From Oscillospiraceae bacterium (lineage in GTDB: Bacteria > Bacillota > Clostridia > Oscillospirales > SIG530): 64,000 bases of DNA. The translations under genes were made by a program, and so were the position numbers. Below the pieces are notes generated by a model. It had not been told where the DNA came from, searched no databases, and saw only the letters and a program-made list of their open reading frames with translations. This document shows positions 8,967-18,659 of this stretch, in pieces; position 1 is the stretch's first letter, and each line of letters opens with the position of its first letter. The stretch lies in NCBI GenBank assembly GCA_015067075.1, contig SVND01000002.1:10087-74086 (forward strand). The letters are read 5' to 3'.

Positions 8967-10085
8967 ATGGTCGAATTTGATGAAATAAGACTGAAAATAG
9001 CGGCATACAAGCAACAGCTCGAAGAACTTGCTTTAGCGCTTGGACTTGAAAAAATGAAGGCAGAGATAGCGGAGCTTGAACAGCAATCTGCCGCTGAAGA
9101 TTTCTGGATGGATCTTGAAAACTCACAAAAGGTTTTACAGAGAACGAAAATGCTCAAAAACGCTGTTGAGGATTATGACAAGCTTTACGGCGAATGGGAG
9201 GATGCAGGGGCGCTTTGCGAGCTTGGCGACGAAACGGAGGATCTTTCCGTGCTTGACGAGGTGGTTGAAGCTTTTGCAGGCGTTGAAAAGCGCCTGGAGG
9301 AAAAACGCCTTGAAACTTTGTTGTCGGGTGAATACGATAAGAATAATGCCATTCTCAACTTTCATGCAGGTGCAGGCGGCACAGAAGCGCAGGATTGGGC
9401 TGAAATGCTTTACCGTATGTATACGAGATGGGCTGAACGTCACGGCTATAAGATAAAAGTGCTTGACTATCTTGACGGTGATGAAGCGGGTATGAAGAGT
9501 GCGTCGCTCCTTATCGAAGGAAACAACGCTTTCGGATATCTCAAATCCGAGGCAGGCGTACACCGTCTTGTCCGTGTTTCACCCTTTGACTCTTCAGGCA
9601 GACGTCACACATCCTTTGCATCCGTTGAGGTAATGCCTGAAATGGATGATGACGTTGAGATCGAGATCCGCGACGAAGATCTTAAGGTCGACACTTATCG
9701 AAGCAGCGGTGCAGGCGGTCAGCACGTTAACAAAACAGAATCGGCTATCCGTATAACGCATATTCCCACGGGTATCATTGTTGCTTGCCAGAACGAGCGA
9801 AGCCAGCATCAAAACCGTGAAATGGCGATGCGTATGCTCAAATCCAAGCTTATGGAGATAAAAGAGCGCGAGCATCTTGACAAGATCGAGGATATCAAGG
9901 GCGATCAGAAGGAGATCGGCTGGGGTTCGCAGATACGTTCCTATGTATTTATGCCCTACACCCTTGTAAAGGATAACAGAACGGGATTTGAAAGCGGAAA
10001 TATCGGCGCAGTAATGGACGGCGATCTTGACGGATTTATAAACGCATACCTTAAAGCTATGAACCTTGGCGAGCTTAATAACTAA
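8967..10085 (+). CDS. prfB: peptide chain release factor 2 (single continuous ORF, no programmed frameshift)
   Basis: SPF tripeptide (VRVSPFDSSGRRHTSF) and GGQ motif (SGAGGQHVNKTESAIRITH). 372 aa in one frame. Confidence 0.95.
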   Translation: MVEFDEIRLKIAAYKQQLEELALALGLEKMKAEIAELEQQSAAEDFWMDLENSQKVLQRTKMLKNAVEDYDKLYGEWEDAGALCELGDETEDLSVLDEVVEAFAGVEKRLEEKRLETLLSGEYDKNNAILNFHAGAGGTEAQDWAEMLYRMYTRWAERHGYKIKVLDYLDGDEAGMKSASLLIEGNNAFGYLKSEAGVHRLVRVSPFDSSGRRHTSFASVEVMPEMDDDVEIEIRDEDLKVDTYRSSGAGGQHVNKTESAIRITHIPTGIIVACQNERSQHQNREMAMRMLKSKLMEIKEREHLDKIEDIKGDQKEIGWGSQIRSYVFMPYTLVKDNRTGFESGNIGAVMDGDLDGFINAYLKAMNLGELNN

Positions 10086-10118
10086 GCTTGCCCATATTTC
10101 AGGAAGGATACAGTTATA

Positions 10119-12863
10119 ATGAGTCTTCTCAAAAAAATATTCGGTACCCACAGCTCCAGAGAGCTGAAAAAAATATATCCTATCGTTGATAAGATTGAAA
10201 AAATATCGGAAGAGTATACAAAGCTGACGGACGAAGAGCTTAAGGCGAAAACGCCCGAGTTTAAGCGGCGCTATAAAGACGGTGAAACTCTTGACGAGCT
10301 TTTGCCCGAAGCCTTTGCGGCTGTGCGCGAGGCGGCTACGCGTGTTTTAGGCGAGCGCCATTACCGTGTACAGCTTATAGGCGGCGTTATTTTGCATCAG
10401 GGACGTATTGCTGAAATGAAAACCGGTGAAGGTAAAACGCTTGTCTCCACCTTGCCCGCATACCTTAACGCTCTTACCGGTGAGGGCGTTCATATCGTTA
10501 CGGTCAACGATTACCTGGCAAAGCGCGACAGTGAATGGATGGGTAAGATATACCGCTTTATGGGCCTTTCCGTCGGACTTATCGTCCACGGTCTTACGAA
10601 CGAGCAGAGAAAAGAAGCTTACAAGGCTGACATAACGTACGGCACGAATAACGAGCTCGGCTTTGATTATCTTAGAGATAATATGGTCTTGCACGCTGAA
10701 AATATGGTACAGCGCGGTCACGTTTTTGCTATCGTTGACGAGGTTGACTCTATCCTTATAGATGAGGCGAGAACACCGCTTATTATATCAGGTATCGGTG
10801 AAAAGCCTACTGATATGTATAAGATGGCTGACAGATTTGCACGCTCACTCAAGCAGGTAAGAGTCAAAGAAATCGACACCAAAGAGGATACCGACCAGCT
10901 TGGCGGAGATTATATCGTCGATGAAAAGGCGAGAAGTGCCGTGCTTACAACAAGTGGTGTTGAAAAGGCTGAAAAAGCATTTGGCGTTGAGAACTTGTCC
11001 GATGTGGAAAATACGGAGCTTTCTCACTATATCAATCAGGCTATAAAGGCTCACGGTATAATGAAGCGCGACGTTGATTACGTTGTCCGCGACGGCGAAG
11101 TAATCATCGTCGACGAGTTTACGGGACGCCTTATGTTTGGCAGACGTTATTCCGACGGATTGCATCAGGCAATCGAGGCGAAGGAAAACGTAACTGTTGA
11201 AAACGAGTCGAAAACTTTGGCAACTATCACCTTCCAGAATTTCTTCCGACTTTACCGCAAGCTTTCGGGTATGACGGGTACGGCTTTGACGGAAGAGGAT
11301 GAATTCCGTGACATTTATTCTCTTGACGTTATTGAGATCCCGACGAATAAGCCCATTGCCCGTGTCGACAAAAGCGACGTTGTATATAAGAGCGAAAAGG
11401 GCAAATTCCGTGCAGTTATCGCTAAAATACGTGAAAGCCATGAAAAAGGGCAGCCCGTGCTTGTTGGTACGGTGTCCATTGAAAAGTCTGAAATTCTTTC
11501 CGATATGCTTAAAAAGGAAGGAATAAAGCACGTTGTTTTGAACGCAAAGCAACATGATAAGGAAGCTGAAATAGTCGCACAGGCAGGTAAAAAAGGCGCT
11601 GTAACTATTGCGACGAACATGGCAGGACGCGGAACGGATATAAGCCTCGGCGGTAATGCCGAATATATGGCGAAATCCGAGATGCGTAAAAACGGATATG
11701 AGGATGCGCTTATTGATGAGGCGACAGGCCATGCGGAAACGCAGGACGAAGCTATTATCGAAGCGAGAAATACTTTCCGCACGCTTTTGGCAAAATATAA
11801 AGCCGAAACCTCAGGCGAAGCACAGCAGGTGCGCGATGCGGGCGGTCTTTGCATAATCGGTACGGAGCGGCATGAGTCAAGACGAATCGACAATCAGCTT
11901 CGTGGCCGCGCAGGCCGTCAGGGTGACCCCGGCGAATCGCAGTTTTTCCTGTCCCTTGAGGACGACCTTATGCGTCTTTTCGGCGGTGACCGCGTTACAA
12001 GCCTTGTTGGTACGCTCGGTCTTTCCGAAGACGATCCGATTGAAGCGAGCATACTTTCAAATACTATTGAAAACGCGCAGAAAAAGCTTGAGGGTATGAA
12101 CTTCCAACGCCGTAAAAACGTTCTTCGCTACGACGAGGTCATGAACCAACAGCGTGAAATTATTTACGGTGAGCGTCAGAAGGTATTGCAGGGCGAAAAT
12201 CTCAAGGATACTATCCTTAAAATGATACCTGATATTATGAGAAGTGAGCTTGATCTGCACTCAAGCGAGAACGATAACGCCCATGAGGGTATCCTTGATG
12301 CATCGGCTCTTGTTCCTGTAAAGCAGGCGTTTTCCTATGTGCTTCACGAGGGTGACTTTGACACGAGTGTTCAGGAAACGTATACTCGCGAGCAGGTAAT
12401 TGAAATGCTGGTTGAGCGTGCAATGCAACGCTACGAGGAGCAGGAAAAGCTTATCGGAAGCGAGCGCTTGCGTGAGCTTGAGCGTGTTGTAATGCTCAAG
12501 GCTGTTGACAACAAGTGGATGGATCATCTTGATCAGATGGATCAGCTTCGCGCGGGTGTAAACCTCAGCGCCTACGGTCAGAAGGATCCTGTTGTGGAGT
12601 ATAAATTCGAAAGCTTCGATATGTTCGACGGCATGATAAATGAGATAAAAACGGAAACAGTTCGCACTATTTTATCTATCAGAGTTGTTCGTGACGACGA
12701 CCTTAAGCGCAAGCAAGTTGCGAAGGCAAATCTTGAATCCCTTGGAGGATCGGAAGAAAAGCCTGCGAAAAAGCCTGTTAAGAATGCGGCGGAAAAGGTT
12801 GGAAGAAATGATCCATGCCCCTGCGGAAGCGGCTTGAAATATAAAAAGTGCTGCGGCAGATAA
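10119..12863 (+). CDS. secA: preprotein translocase ATPase SecA
   Basis: [10 protein letters not shown] Walker [30 protein letters not shown], and the C-terminal zinc motif [14 protein letters not shown]. Confidence 0.97.
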   Translation: MSLLKKIFGTHSSRELKKIYPIVDKIEKISEEYTKLTDEELKAKTPEFKRRYKDGETLDELLPEAFAAVREAATRVLGERHYRVQLIGGVILHQGRIAEMKTGEGKTLVSTLPAYLNALTGEGVHIVTVNDYLAKRDSEWMGKIYRFMGLSVGLIVHGLTNEQRKEAYKADITYGTNNELGFDYLRDNMVLHAENMVQRGHVFAIVDEVDSILIDEARTPLIISGIGEKPTDMYKMADRFARSLKQVRVKEIDTKEDTDQLGGDYIVDEKARSAVLTTSGVEKAEKAFGVENLSDVENTELSHYINQAIKAHGIMKRDVDYVVRDGEVIIVDEFTGRLMFGRRYSDGLHQAIEAKENVTVENESKTLATITFQNFFRLYRKLSGMTGTALTEEDEFRDIYSLDVIEIPTNKPIARVDKSDVVYKSEKGKFRAVIAKIRESHEKGQPVLVGTVSIEKSEILSDMLKKEGIKHVVLNAKQHDKEAEIVAQAGKKGAVTIATNMAGRGTDISLGGNAEYMAKSEMRKNGYEDALIDEATGHAETQDEAIIEARNTFRTLLAKYKAETSGEAQQVRDAGGLCIIGTERHESRRIDNQLRGRAGRQGDPGESQFFLSLEDDLMRLFGGDRVTSLVGTLGLSEDDPIEASILSNTIENAQKKLEGMNFQRRKNVLRYDEVMNQQREIIYGERQKVLQGENLKDTILKMIPDIMRSELDLHSSENDNAHEGILDASALVPVKQAFSYVLHEGDFDTSVQETYTREQVIEMLVERAMQRYEEQEKLIGSERLRELERVVMLKAVDNKWMDHLDQMDQLRAGVNLSAYGQKDPVVEYKFESFDMFDGMINEIKTETVRTILSIRVVRDDDLKRKQVAKANLESLGGSEEKPAKKPVKNAAEKVGRNDPCPCGSGLKYKKCCGR

Positions 12864-12896
12864 ATATCTTGCCATAAACAGCACAAGGAGAATATT

Positions 12897-13244
12897 ATGG
12901 TAATCGAAAAAAGCAAATATAAAACGGACGCAAGAAAAAATATGAAGGGCGGCGACGGAACAGTTTATGTAACGGAATTCGTTTCCTCCGCCGAGCTTAA
13001 CGAAAAGGGCAGACTTTTCGGAAATATCCATCTTGACCCCGGCGCATCTATCGGATATCATGTCCATGAAGGCGAAAGCGAGCTTTTCTACATTATTAAA
13101 GGAGAAGCTATATATAACGATAATGGTACAGAATATCCTCTTTGCGAAGGTGATACTGCTGTCGTTACTTCAGGGAACGGTCATAGTATCGCAAACAAAG
13201 GCACTGAGCCTGTTGACCTTATTGCGCTTATCCTTTACGCATAG
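12897..13244 (+). CDS. cupin domain protein
   Basis: GYHVHEGESELFYIIKGEA..GDTAVVTSGNGHSIAN matches the two cupin His-containing motifs. Good AAGGAG RBS. Confidence 0.75.
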   Translation: MVIEKSKYKTDARKNMKGGDGTVYVTEFVSSAELNEKGRLFGNIHLDPGASIGYHVHEGESELFYIIKGEAIYNDNGTEYPLCEGDTAVVTSGNGHSIANKGTEPVDLIALILYA

Positions 13245-13267
13245 TCTGTAATGGTGACATAATAATA

Positions 13268-13297
13268 CAAAAAGAGCAAGAGAAATCTTGCTCTTTT
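13268..13297. terminator. bidirectional intrinsic terminator
   Basis: AAAAAGAGCAAGA-gaaa-TCTTGCTCTTTTT between convergent genes. Confidence 0.8.
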
Positions 13298-13307
13298 TAT
13301 ATATAAT

Positions 13308-14615
13308 TTAATTTTTAGTTGAAATTGCGGCGCCGAAAGCGGCTTCTTCTTTGTTCAAAGGCATTTCCAAGGTCATATGGAAGCGAGAAGCAAACATTTC
13401 GCGGGTGACGTGACTTTTACGAATGCCGTTTCCCGAAGCTATAAGCTTTGTGGGTACACTCTCAAGCAACGGGAGAATTTTTTCATATGTATCGTAAAGC
13501 TCGTTTACCGTTCCCTCCAAAACGCCGACGACAAAATGAGTAGCTGTAAAATTAGAGGTGGAAATGCCGCTTACCGTGCCGCGCAGGGCTGGATTTTCGC
13601 GAGTGCCTGCAAATAAGGTGGAAAAATCAAGTTTTTCTGTTAAAGTGTCGTATTGCTCCGACAGCTTATCCATGGCGTCGTAAAGGCGCTTATCGTCACA
13701 GCCTGCCATTTTCAGCACGTCGCGGAAAAAGCCTTCAAGTATCTGATAAGCTCTGCCGCCGCAAAGAGAAGCACCGACAAGGATGAACTTGTCTCCATTA
13801 AGAGGACGCACGTCGATTCCCGATACGGATTGTGCGGATAAAGCTGTTTCGCCGTTAACGGCGACAGATATCTGACTTCCCGTGCCGACGTTTATGAGAA
13901 TGCTGTTTTCGCTGTCGCTTACAGAACCGAGAAAGCTCGCTTGATTATCGCCTATAGCGGTGAAAACCGTGGCGTTTTTAAGCTTGCCAAGGGGCGAAAT
14001 ATTGCGGACTACCTTTGGGAAAAATGAAGGAGAAATCCCTGCTCTTTTTGCGGCGGCAAGGTCAAATTCGCATTTTTCAATATCGAAAATCCCTAAACTT
14101 GCGGCATCGGAAGCGTGCATTACGGGAAAATTGTTTCCTGCAAGTTTCATGGCGATGTAATCGTGAATTGTGAGGAAGAAAACGGCGTCATTGGGTACTA
14201 AACCGTTTTCCATATTGTAAAAATGCGTTACCGTGCCGTAGCCTGTGGCGAGGCGATAGCCGGATATGCAGGCAAGCTTTTGAGCGTAGGACATATCACC
14301 GCAAAGCTCGTCGCCTCTGCCGTCCTGCCACGTATACAGCGGGCTTACGGCTTTACCGTTTATATCGGTATATAGAATACCGTGCATTTGCCCTGTAACG
14401 CCGATATGGGTGACATCGTACTTTGCCAAAAGGTCGTTTACAATGGCGATAGCTTTGTTTTCGATAACGGTAACGTCCTGTATGCGCTCAAAGCTGTCAC
14501 TGCTTTCGATAAAAGCGTTGCTTTCCGTGTTAACAGTTTCCATAACGCAGTTTTTGTTATCGACCACAACGGCGCAGATCGTAGTTGTTCCTATATCAAT
14601 GCCTAATTTATACAT
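13308..14615 (-). CDS. FGGY-family carbohydrate kinase (sedoheptulokinase-like)
   Basis: ASKHA N-terminus MYKLGIDIGTTTICAVVVD, ..GVTGQMHG.., ..INVGTGSQIS.., C-terminus ..ASGNGIRKS..EEAAFGAAI. The start lies 16 nt after the GRE stop, so the gene is in the same operon. Confidence 0.8.
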   Translation of the reverse strand: MYKLGIDIGTTTICAVVVDNKNCVMETVNTESNAFIESSDSFERIQDVTVIENKAIAIVNDLLAKYDVTHIGVTGQMHGILYTDINGKAVSPLYTWQDGRGDELCGDMSYAQKLACISGYRLATGYGTVTHFYNMENGLVPNDAVFFLTIHDYIAMKLAGNNFPVMHASDAASLGIFDIEKCEFDLAAAKRAGISPSFFPKVVRNISPLGKLKNATVFTAIGDNQASFLGSVSDSENSILINVGTGSQISVAVNGETALSAQSVSGIDVRPLNGDKFILVGASLCGGRAYQILEGFFRDVLKMAGCDDKRLYDAMDKLSEQYDTLTEKLDFSTLFAGTRENPALRGTVSGISTSNFTATHFVVGVLEGTVNELYDTYEKILPLLESVPTKLIASGNGIRKSHVTREMFASRFHMTLEMPLNKEEAAFGAAISTKN

Positions 14616-14631
14616 ATCGTCAGCCTTTCAA

Positions 14632-16986
14632 TTACATTTGTGTCGAGGAGGGGTCAAGTCGGGTGATAATATCTTTCTGAATGGCGGGAGAAAGGTCAAG
14701 GAAGTTGACGAAAGTGCCATGAATTCGCATAATATAAACACCGCTTGGAGCATATTTTTTAGGATTTGCAAGAACCTTGCGAAGCATATCCGCTGTCGTT
14801 ACGTTAACATACAGATAGAAGGGTGAAACGGTGTCTTTGTTCGAGCTGTTGAAAAACAAAGGAGCGATAACACGGGAAGCAAATTGCTCGCCCTTTTCCT
14901 CGTAGGTAGCACCTGTGAAATATTTCGGGTCGACACCGAAATGCGATGCATAGCCGCCGTTCATTTTTTCATAGGGCAGCTTGAAGGCGGAAAGCATGCG
15001 GAAGCCAAGTCCGTTTTGTGCATCGCCGTAAAGAGGGTCGACACCGTAATTGAGCATATCGCGGGAATGTCTTCCGTCAGGCGTTGCACCGACCCAATAG
15101 CCGTAAAGCAAGTGGGTGGAGGGTGTGCTGTAATCGGGGCGGAAGGCGTTTCCAAGATAGTTTTTCTTTGAAGCAATAAGGTCGGCTATCTTATCGGCAA
15201 TCTCCGATGCTTTTTCATCAACCTCGGAGATATTGTTTCCGAACTTAGGATATGTCGCAAGGAGCTGACGAAGAGGCTCGTCGTCCTTGAAATCGGTCAT
15301 AAGAGCGCTTACAAGCCTGTCTGCGCCGTCGGGATTCTCATTTATGTAATGCTTTACAGCGATAAAGGAGTCAGCAACGACTGAAAGACCGTGGATGAGA
15401 CAGCCGTTTCCGTTATATTTTGTTCCCTGGTGCTCGGGATCGCGCATATCGTAGCCGCTTTCAATGCCGCCCATAAGCGTTGACAAAAGCGGTACACGAA
15501 GATGGGAAAGAGCCTTTGCCGCGCCGTTTGCGGCTTCAGTCATTTTATCGGCATAGAATTCAGCGTTTGCATAGAAAAGATCTTCAAGCCGTTCAAGGCG
15601 TTCCTTGGCGGAAAGCCCTGTAGGCTCAGCAAGGCGCTCGCCCGTTATCTCGGAAATACCGTCTGTAATAGTGAGCTCTAAAATCTTTCCGAGATTAAAC
15701 CAGCTGCTTGTTGTATTTCCGTTGTCCTTGCCCATAATGAGCGGCTCCTGGCAACCTGCGATGGAATAATCGGGAATATCAGCTTCATCCACGCCGGCGC
15801 GCTTTAAAACGGCAAACATGGCGTCGTCGTTGAAAAGGGAAGGGGTGAGAGTGCCGGGCGTGAAGAAAAAGCGTCCCATGGCGCGATAAAGCTCATTTGG
15901 CGTGTTTTTATGAAGCTTTACGGAAAGAATGGGCTGTGGCAAATTCATGTCGTAGTAAGCGTCCATGAGCGCGTAGGAGCATTCGTTTGTAAGGTCGTTG
16001 CCTTTTGTATCCATGCCTGAAATGATAATATTTTGAGAAATTGCCCAGCTTCTGTCGCCAACGTTGAAAAACACGAGGAAGTGGCGGAAATAAGCGGCGG
16101 CAGTATCGCGGCTGCAATTTTCCATGGCGCGATAAGGCTCAAAAATGCGGTCCGCATTACCGACGGAGAAGGCAAAGGGATTGGGCGCTTGCTCGATGCA
16201 CATAAGCTGCCAGATGAGCATAAAGGACTGAATGGCCTCGTAAAGAGTGCTTGCACCGTTTTCGGGTACACGTTCAAGCGTTGCAATAAGCTTTTCAAGC
16301 TCCGCCCTGCGCTGATCGTCAGCCGTTTCAAGCTGAGTCTTGGCAAGCTCGCCGTAGCGGCGTGCAAGCACACGGGCGGCACTTAAGGCGACAGCCATAG
16401 CCGTGAAATTATCGCGGCGCACAGCGTCTTCTTCAGCGGAGGCTTTAGCTTCAAGCTCGCTTATAATGGCGCCGATACCGCATTTTAAAATGGGACGGAT
16501 GTCGGGAATAACGTGGCCCGTTACCTGCTCGATGAAAAAGCAGACCTCTTTCGTATAGTCTGTAACACCGTCGTAAACAGCGGAAAGATCGCGAACGTAA
16601 GGCGTAGCTTCGTTATAATCGCGGAGAGCTTTGATTCGCTCCTTGGTAAATTCACCATTGGGCTCAATGTCGTCGAAAACAGCCGTAGGGTCGCAGTAGC
16701 CGCAGAAGGATTCAACGGTGAATGAGGGGTTTATAAGCGCGTAGCTTCGTGCAAATGCATCGGACTGCGAGCCTGCAAAAATTGCGTTTTCGCTAAGACG
16801 CAGGGGAAGCGCTTCAGCTACACGAACAAGTGTGTGTGCCTTTTTAAGCTCCTGTGTCATGCCTGCAAAATCGCTGTCGCATTGACGTTCTATCTCTTTA
16901 ATAATAAACCAACCGTCAAGGCGCATGGTTGAATGCTCTTCATTAAAAAGAAGCTTTGCTTTTTCGATAATTCTGTTTGTATTCAT
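14632..16986 (-). CDS. pyruvate-formate-lyase-like glycyl radical enzyme, uncharacterised clade
   Basis: 784 aa. The C-terminal glycyl-radical domain VYIMRIHGTFVNFLDLSPAIQKDIITRL aligns with the PFL pattern ..RVSGYAVRF..QQDVITR (Gly757, codon 14716-14718). Thiyl loop SIAGCQEPLIMG (Cys412, codon 15751-15753). Confidence 0.9.
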   Translation of the reverse strand: MNTNRIIEKAKLLFNEEHSTMRLDGWFIIKEIERQCDSDFAGMTQELKKAHTLVRVAEALPLRLSENAIFAGSQSDAFARSYALINPSFTVESFCGYCDPTAVFDDIEPNGEFTKERIKALRDYNEATPYVRDLSAVYDGVTDYTKEVCFFIEQVTGHVIPDIRPILKCGIGAIISELEAKASAEEDAVRRDNFTAMAVALSAARVLARRYGELAKTQLETADDQRRAELEKLIATLERVPENGASTLYEAIQSFMLIWQLMCIEQAPNPFAFSVGNADRIFEPYRAMENCSRDTAAAYFRHFLVFFNVGDRSWAISQNIIISGMDTKGNDLTNECSYALMDAYYDMNLPQPILSVKLHKNTPNELYRAMGRFFFTPGTLTPSLFNDDAMFAVLKRAGVDEADIPDYSIAGCQEPLIMGKDNGNTTSSWFNLGKILELTITDGISEITGERLAEPTGLSAKERLERLEDLFYANAEFYADKMTEAANGAAKALSHLRVPLLSTLMGGIESGYDMRDPEHQGTKYNGNGCLIHGLSVVADSFIAVKHYINENPDGADRLVSALMTDFKDDEPLRQLLATYPKFGNNISEVDEKASEIADKIADLIASKKNYLGNAFRPDYSTPSTHLLYGYWVGATPDGRHSRDMLNYGVDPLYGDAQNGLGFRMLSAFKLPYEKMNGGYASHFGVDPKYFTGATYEEKGEQFASRVIAPLFFNSSNKDTVSPFYLYVNVTTADMLRKVLANPKKYAPSGVYIMRIHGTFVNFLDLSPAIQKDIITRLDPSSTQM

Positions 16987-17000
16987 ATACGTCAGCCTTT

Positions 17001-17873
17001 CTAAGTTTTTATAAGGTTAAAACTGTTTTGTTTCATAATATCAGAAAAAATTTTGAGCGATTGCGCAGGAACGTAAGCATCGTCAGTCATTGTGTAATCA
17101 TAGCCGCATTGTTGCCACTTGACACGGCCGAAATCGTGGAAGGTAAGAAGCTCAACGGTGAAAAGTTCTTTATCCAAGGAGCTTAAAAATTCTGCGGTAG
17201 CCAATGCGTTTTCCTCATCGCAGTTGTAGCCGTTTACAAGGGGAATGCGTACGTTTACCTTTTTGCCGGATTTGACGGCGGTGCGGATATTCGCAAAAAT
17301 ATTGTCGCAAGGTACGCCTGTAACGGCAAGGTGACGGGCAGGCACGGCAAGCTTAAGGTCCATCATCAGATTATCGATGAAGGGGAAAAGGCTCGGTAAA
17401 AGCGGATGCGTACCGTTTGTTTCCAAGGCTGTGTTTATGCCTTCGCCGTGCAGTTTTTGCAAAACAGCCTTCAGCGGTTCAAACTGCATCGTAGGCTCAC
17501 CGCCTGTGAAGGTAACGCCGCCTCCGTCGAAAAACATGGGCGATGCGCCGTGCACCTGCGAAATGACGTCGCTGATGTCAAGGTGTTCGCATTTGACGAA
17601 GATGCCCTTACTGCGATTGAGCGTAAGGCACGGTCTGTCGCCGCAGCTTTCGCACATCGTTCGGTCGAGCACCCTGTTGGCTATAGCGCCCTTGGGACAA
17701 AGCTCGTCACAAATCAGCTTCTGATCGGTCATTATTGGCGCTGATGCGTGCATCCCTTCGGGGTTTGCGCACCACGGACAGCGCATATTACAGCCTTGTA
17801 AATGGAAAACAAGCCTGTTGCCGGGGCCGTCCTGAGAATAATTAAAGCCTTTTTCGAATACCTTTAGTTTCAC
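17001..17873 (-). CDS. glycyl-radical enzyme activating protein (radical SAM)
   Basis: CNMRCPWCANPE (C28-x3-C32-x2-C35), a GGGVTFTGGEP SAM-binding motif, and a Cys-containing insert (CDELCP..CESCGDRPC). Ends 14 nt before the GRE start. Confidence 0.9.
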   Translation of the reverse strand: MKLKVFEKGFNYSQDGPGNRLVFHLQGCNMRCPWCANPEGMHASAPIMTDQKLICDELCPKGAIANRVLDRTMCESCGDRPCLTLNRSKGIFVKCEHLDISDVISQVHGASPMFFDGGGVTFTGGEPTMQFEPLKAVLQKLHGEGINTALETNGTHPLLPSLFPFIDNLMMDLKLAVPARHLAVTGVPCDNIFANIRTAVKSGKKVNVRIPLVNGYNCDEENALATAEFLSSLDKELFTVELLTFHDFGRVKWQQCGYDYTMTDDAYVPAQSLKIFSDIMKQNSFNLIKT

Positions 17874-17905
17874 AAAAATCTCCGTTCATACTTTGTAAAG
17901 AACAT

Positions 17906-17924
17906 TAGTTCATGCTGTGAACTA
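17906..17924. promoter_or_regulatory. perfect 7-5-7 inverted repeat TAGTTCA-tgctg-TGAACTA upstream of the GRE operon (candidate operator or 5'-UTR hairpin)
   Basis: Read directly from the sequence. It lies 33-51 nt upstream of the activase start codon. A possible minus-strand promoter (TTGTAC-17-TATAAT at 18008..17980) lies upstream of it. Confidence 0.3.
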
Positions 17925-18009
17925 TATCTATATAATATTGTACACCAAAATCGAAAAAAATGCAATAGTATTTTAATATATTATACATTAAAAATTTGAA
18001 ACGTACAAG

Positions 18010-18046
18010 ATGAAAAAAGAAAAAAGCTGTCGTAATGACAGCTTTT
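18010..18046 (-). terminator. intrinsic terminator after the thioredoxin-like gene
   Basis: AAAAGCTGTC-attac-GACAGCTTTT followed by a T-rich run on the minus strand. Confidence 0.75.
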
Positions 18047-18049
18047 AAA

Positions 18050-18649
18050 CTATTCGGTTATCATTTTTATGCCGTTAACAAGGCTGTTATAGCTGAGCAT
18101 ACCGTTTCCGTGAGCGACGAGCTCACCGTCACTGTTGATGAAATAGGTGATTGGAAAGGCTGAAACGTAATAAGCTTTGACGGCGTTCAGCTCCGTATCG
18201 TAGAAAACATCGAAGTCAAACTGCTGCTGTTCCACGTATGACTTTGCCTTTTCCATTGTTTCGCGAGTTCCGTCTGTGGCGTTGACCATGACGAACTGTA
18301 CGTCGGGGAAGTCCTTATATGCCTGATTGAAATCTGGCATTTCCTCTCGGCAATAGTAGCACCATGTAGCCCAAAAGTTTATAACGATGGGCTTGCCCTT
18401 GAAATCAGACAGCTTTACCTCGTTCCCATCAGCATCCAAAACGGTAAAATCAGGTGCGGAAAACTCCACGGCAGCATCGTCTTCGTCACTGTCGTCGCTT
18501 TCTGCGGGGGCAGGTGTTTCCGTAGGTGTGCTTTCAATGAGATTGTTGCCCGTATAGTCGTCGCTGTATTTATTATAAAGTACGGCGGCAACGGTGATGA
18601 CGGCGACTAAAAGCACGGCGATAATTATCCATTTAATTGTGTTTTTCAT
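18050..18649 (-). CDS. membrane-anchored TlpA/ResA-like thiol-disulfide oxidoreductase
   Basis: N-terminal TM helix and a thioredoxin-fold motif VINFWATWCYYCREEMP (CxxC). Confidence 0.85.
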   Translation of the reverse strand: MKNTIKWIIIAVLLVAVITVAAVLYNKYSDDYTGNNLIESTPTETPAPAESDDSDEDDAAVEFSAPDFTVLDADGNEVKLSDFKGKPIVINFWATWCYYCREEMPDFNQAYKDFPDVQFVMVNATDGTRETMEKAKSYVEQQQFDFDVFYDTELNAVKAYYVSAFPITYFINSDGELVAHGNGMLSYNSLVNGIKMITE

Positions 18650-18659
18650 ATAAAACTCC

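Noticed and set aside
10845-11893. 295-aa and 192-aa minus-strand ORFs
   Set aside because: They are antisense to secA and are shadow ORFs.
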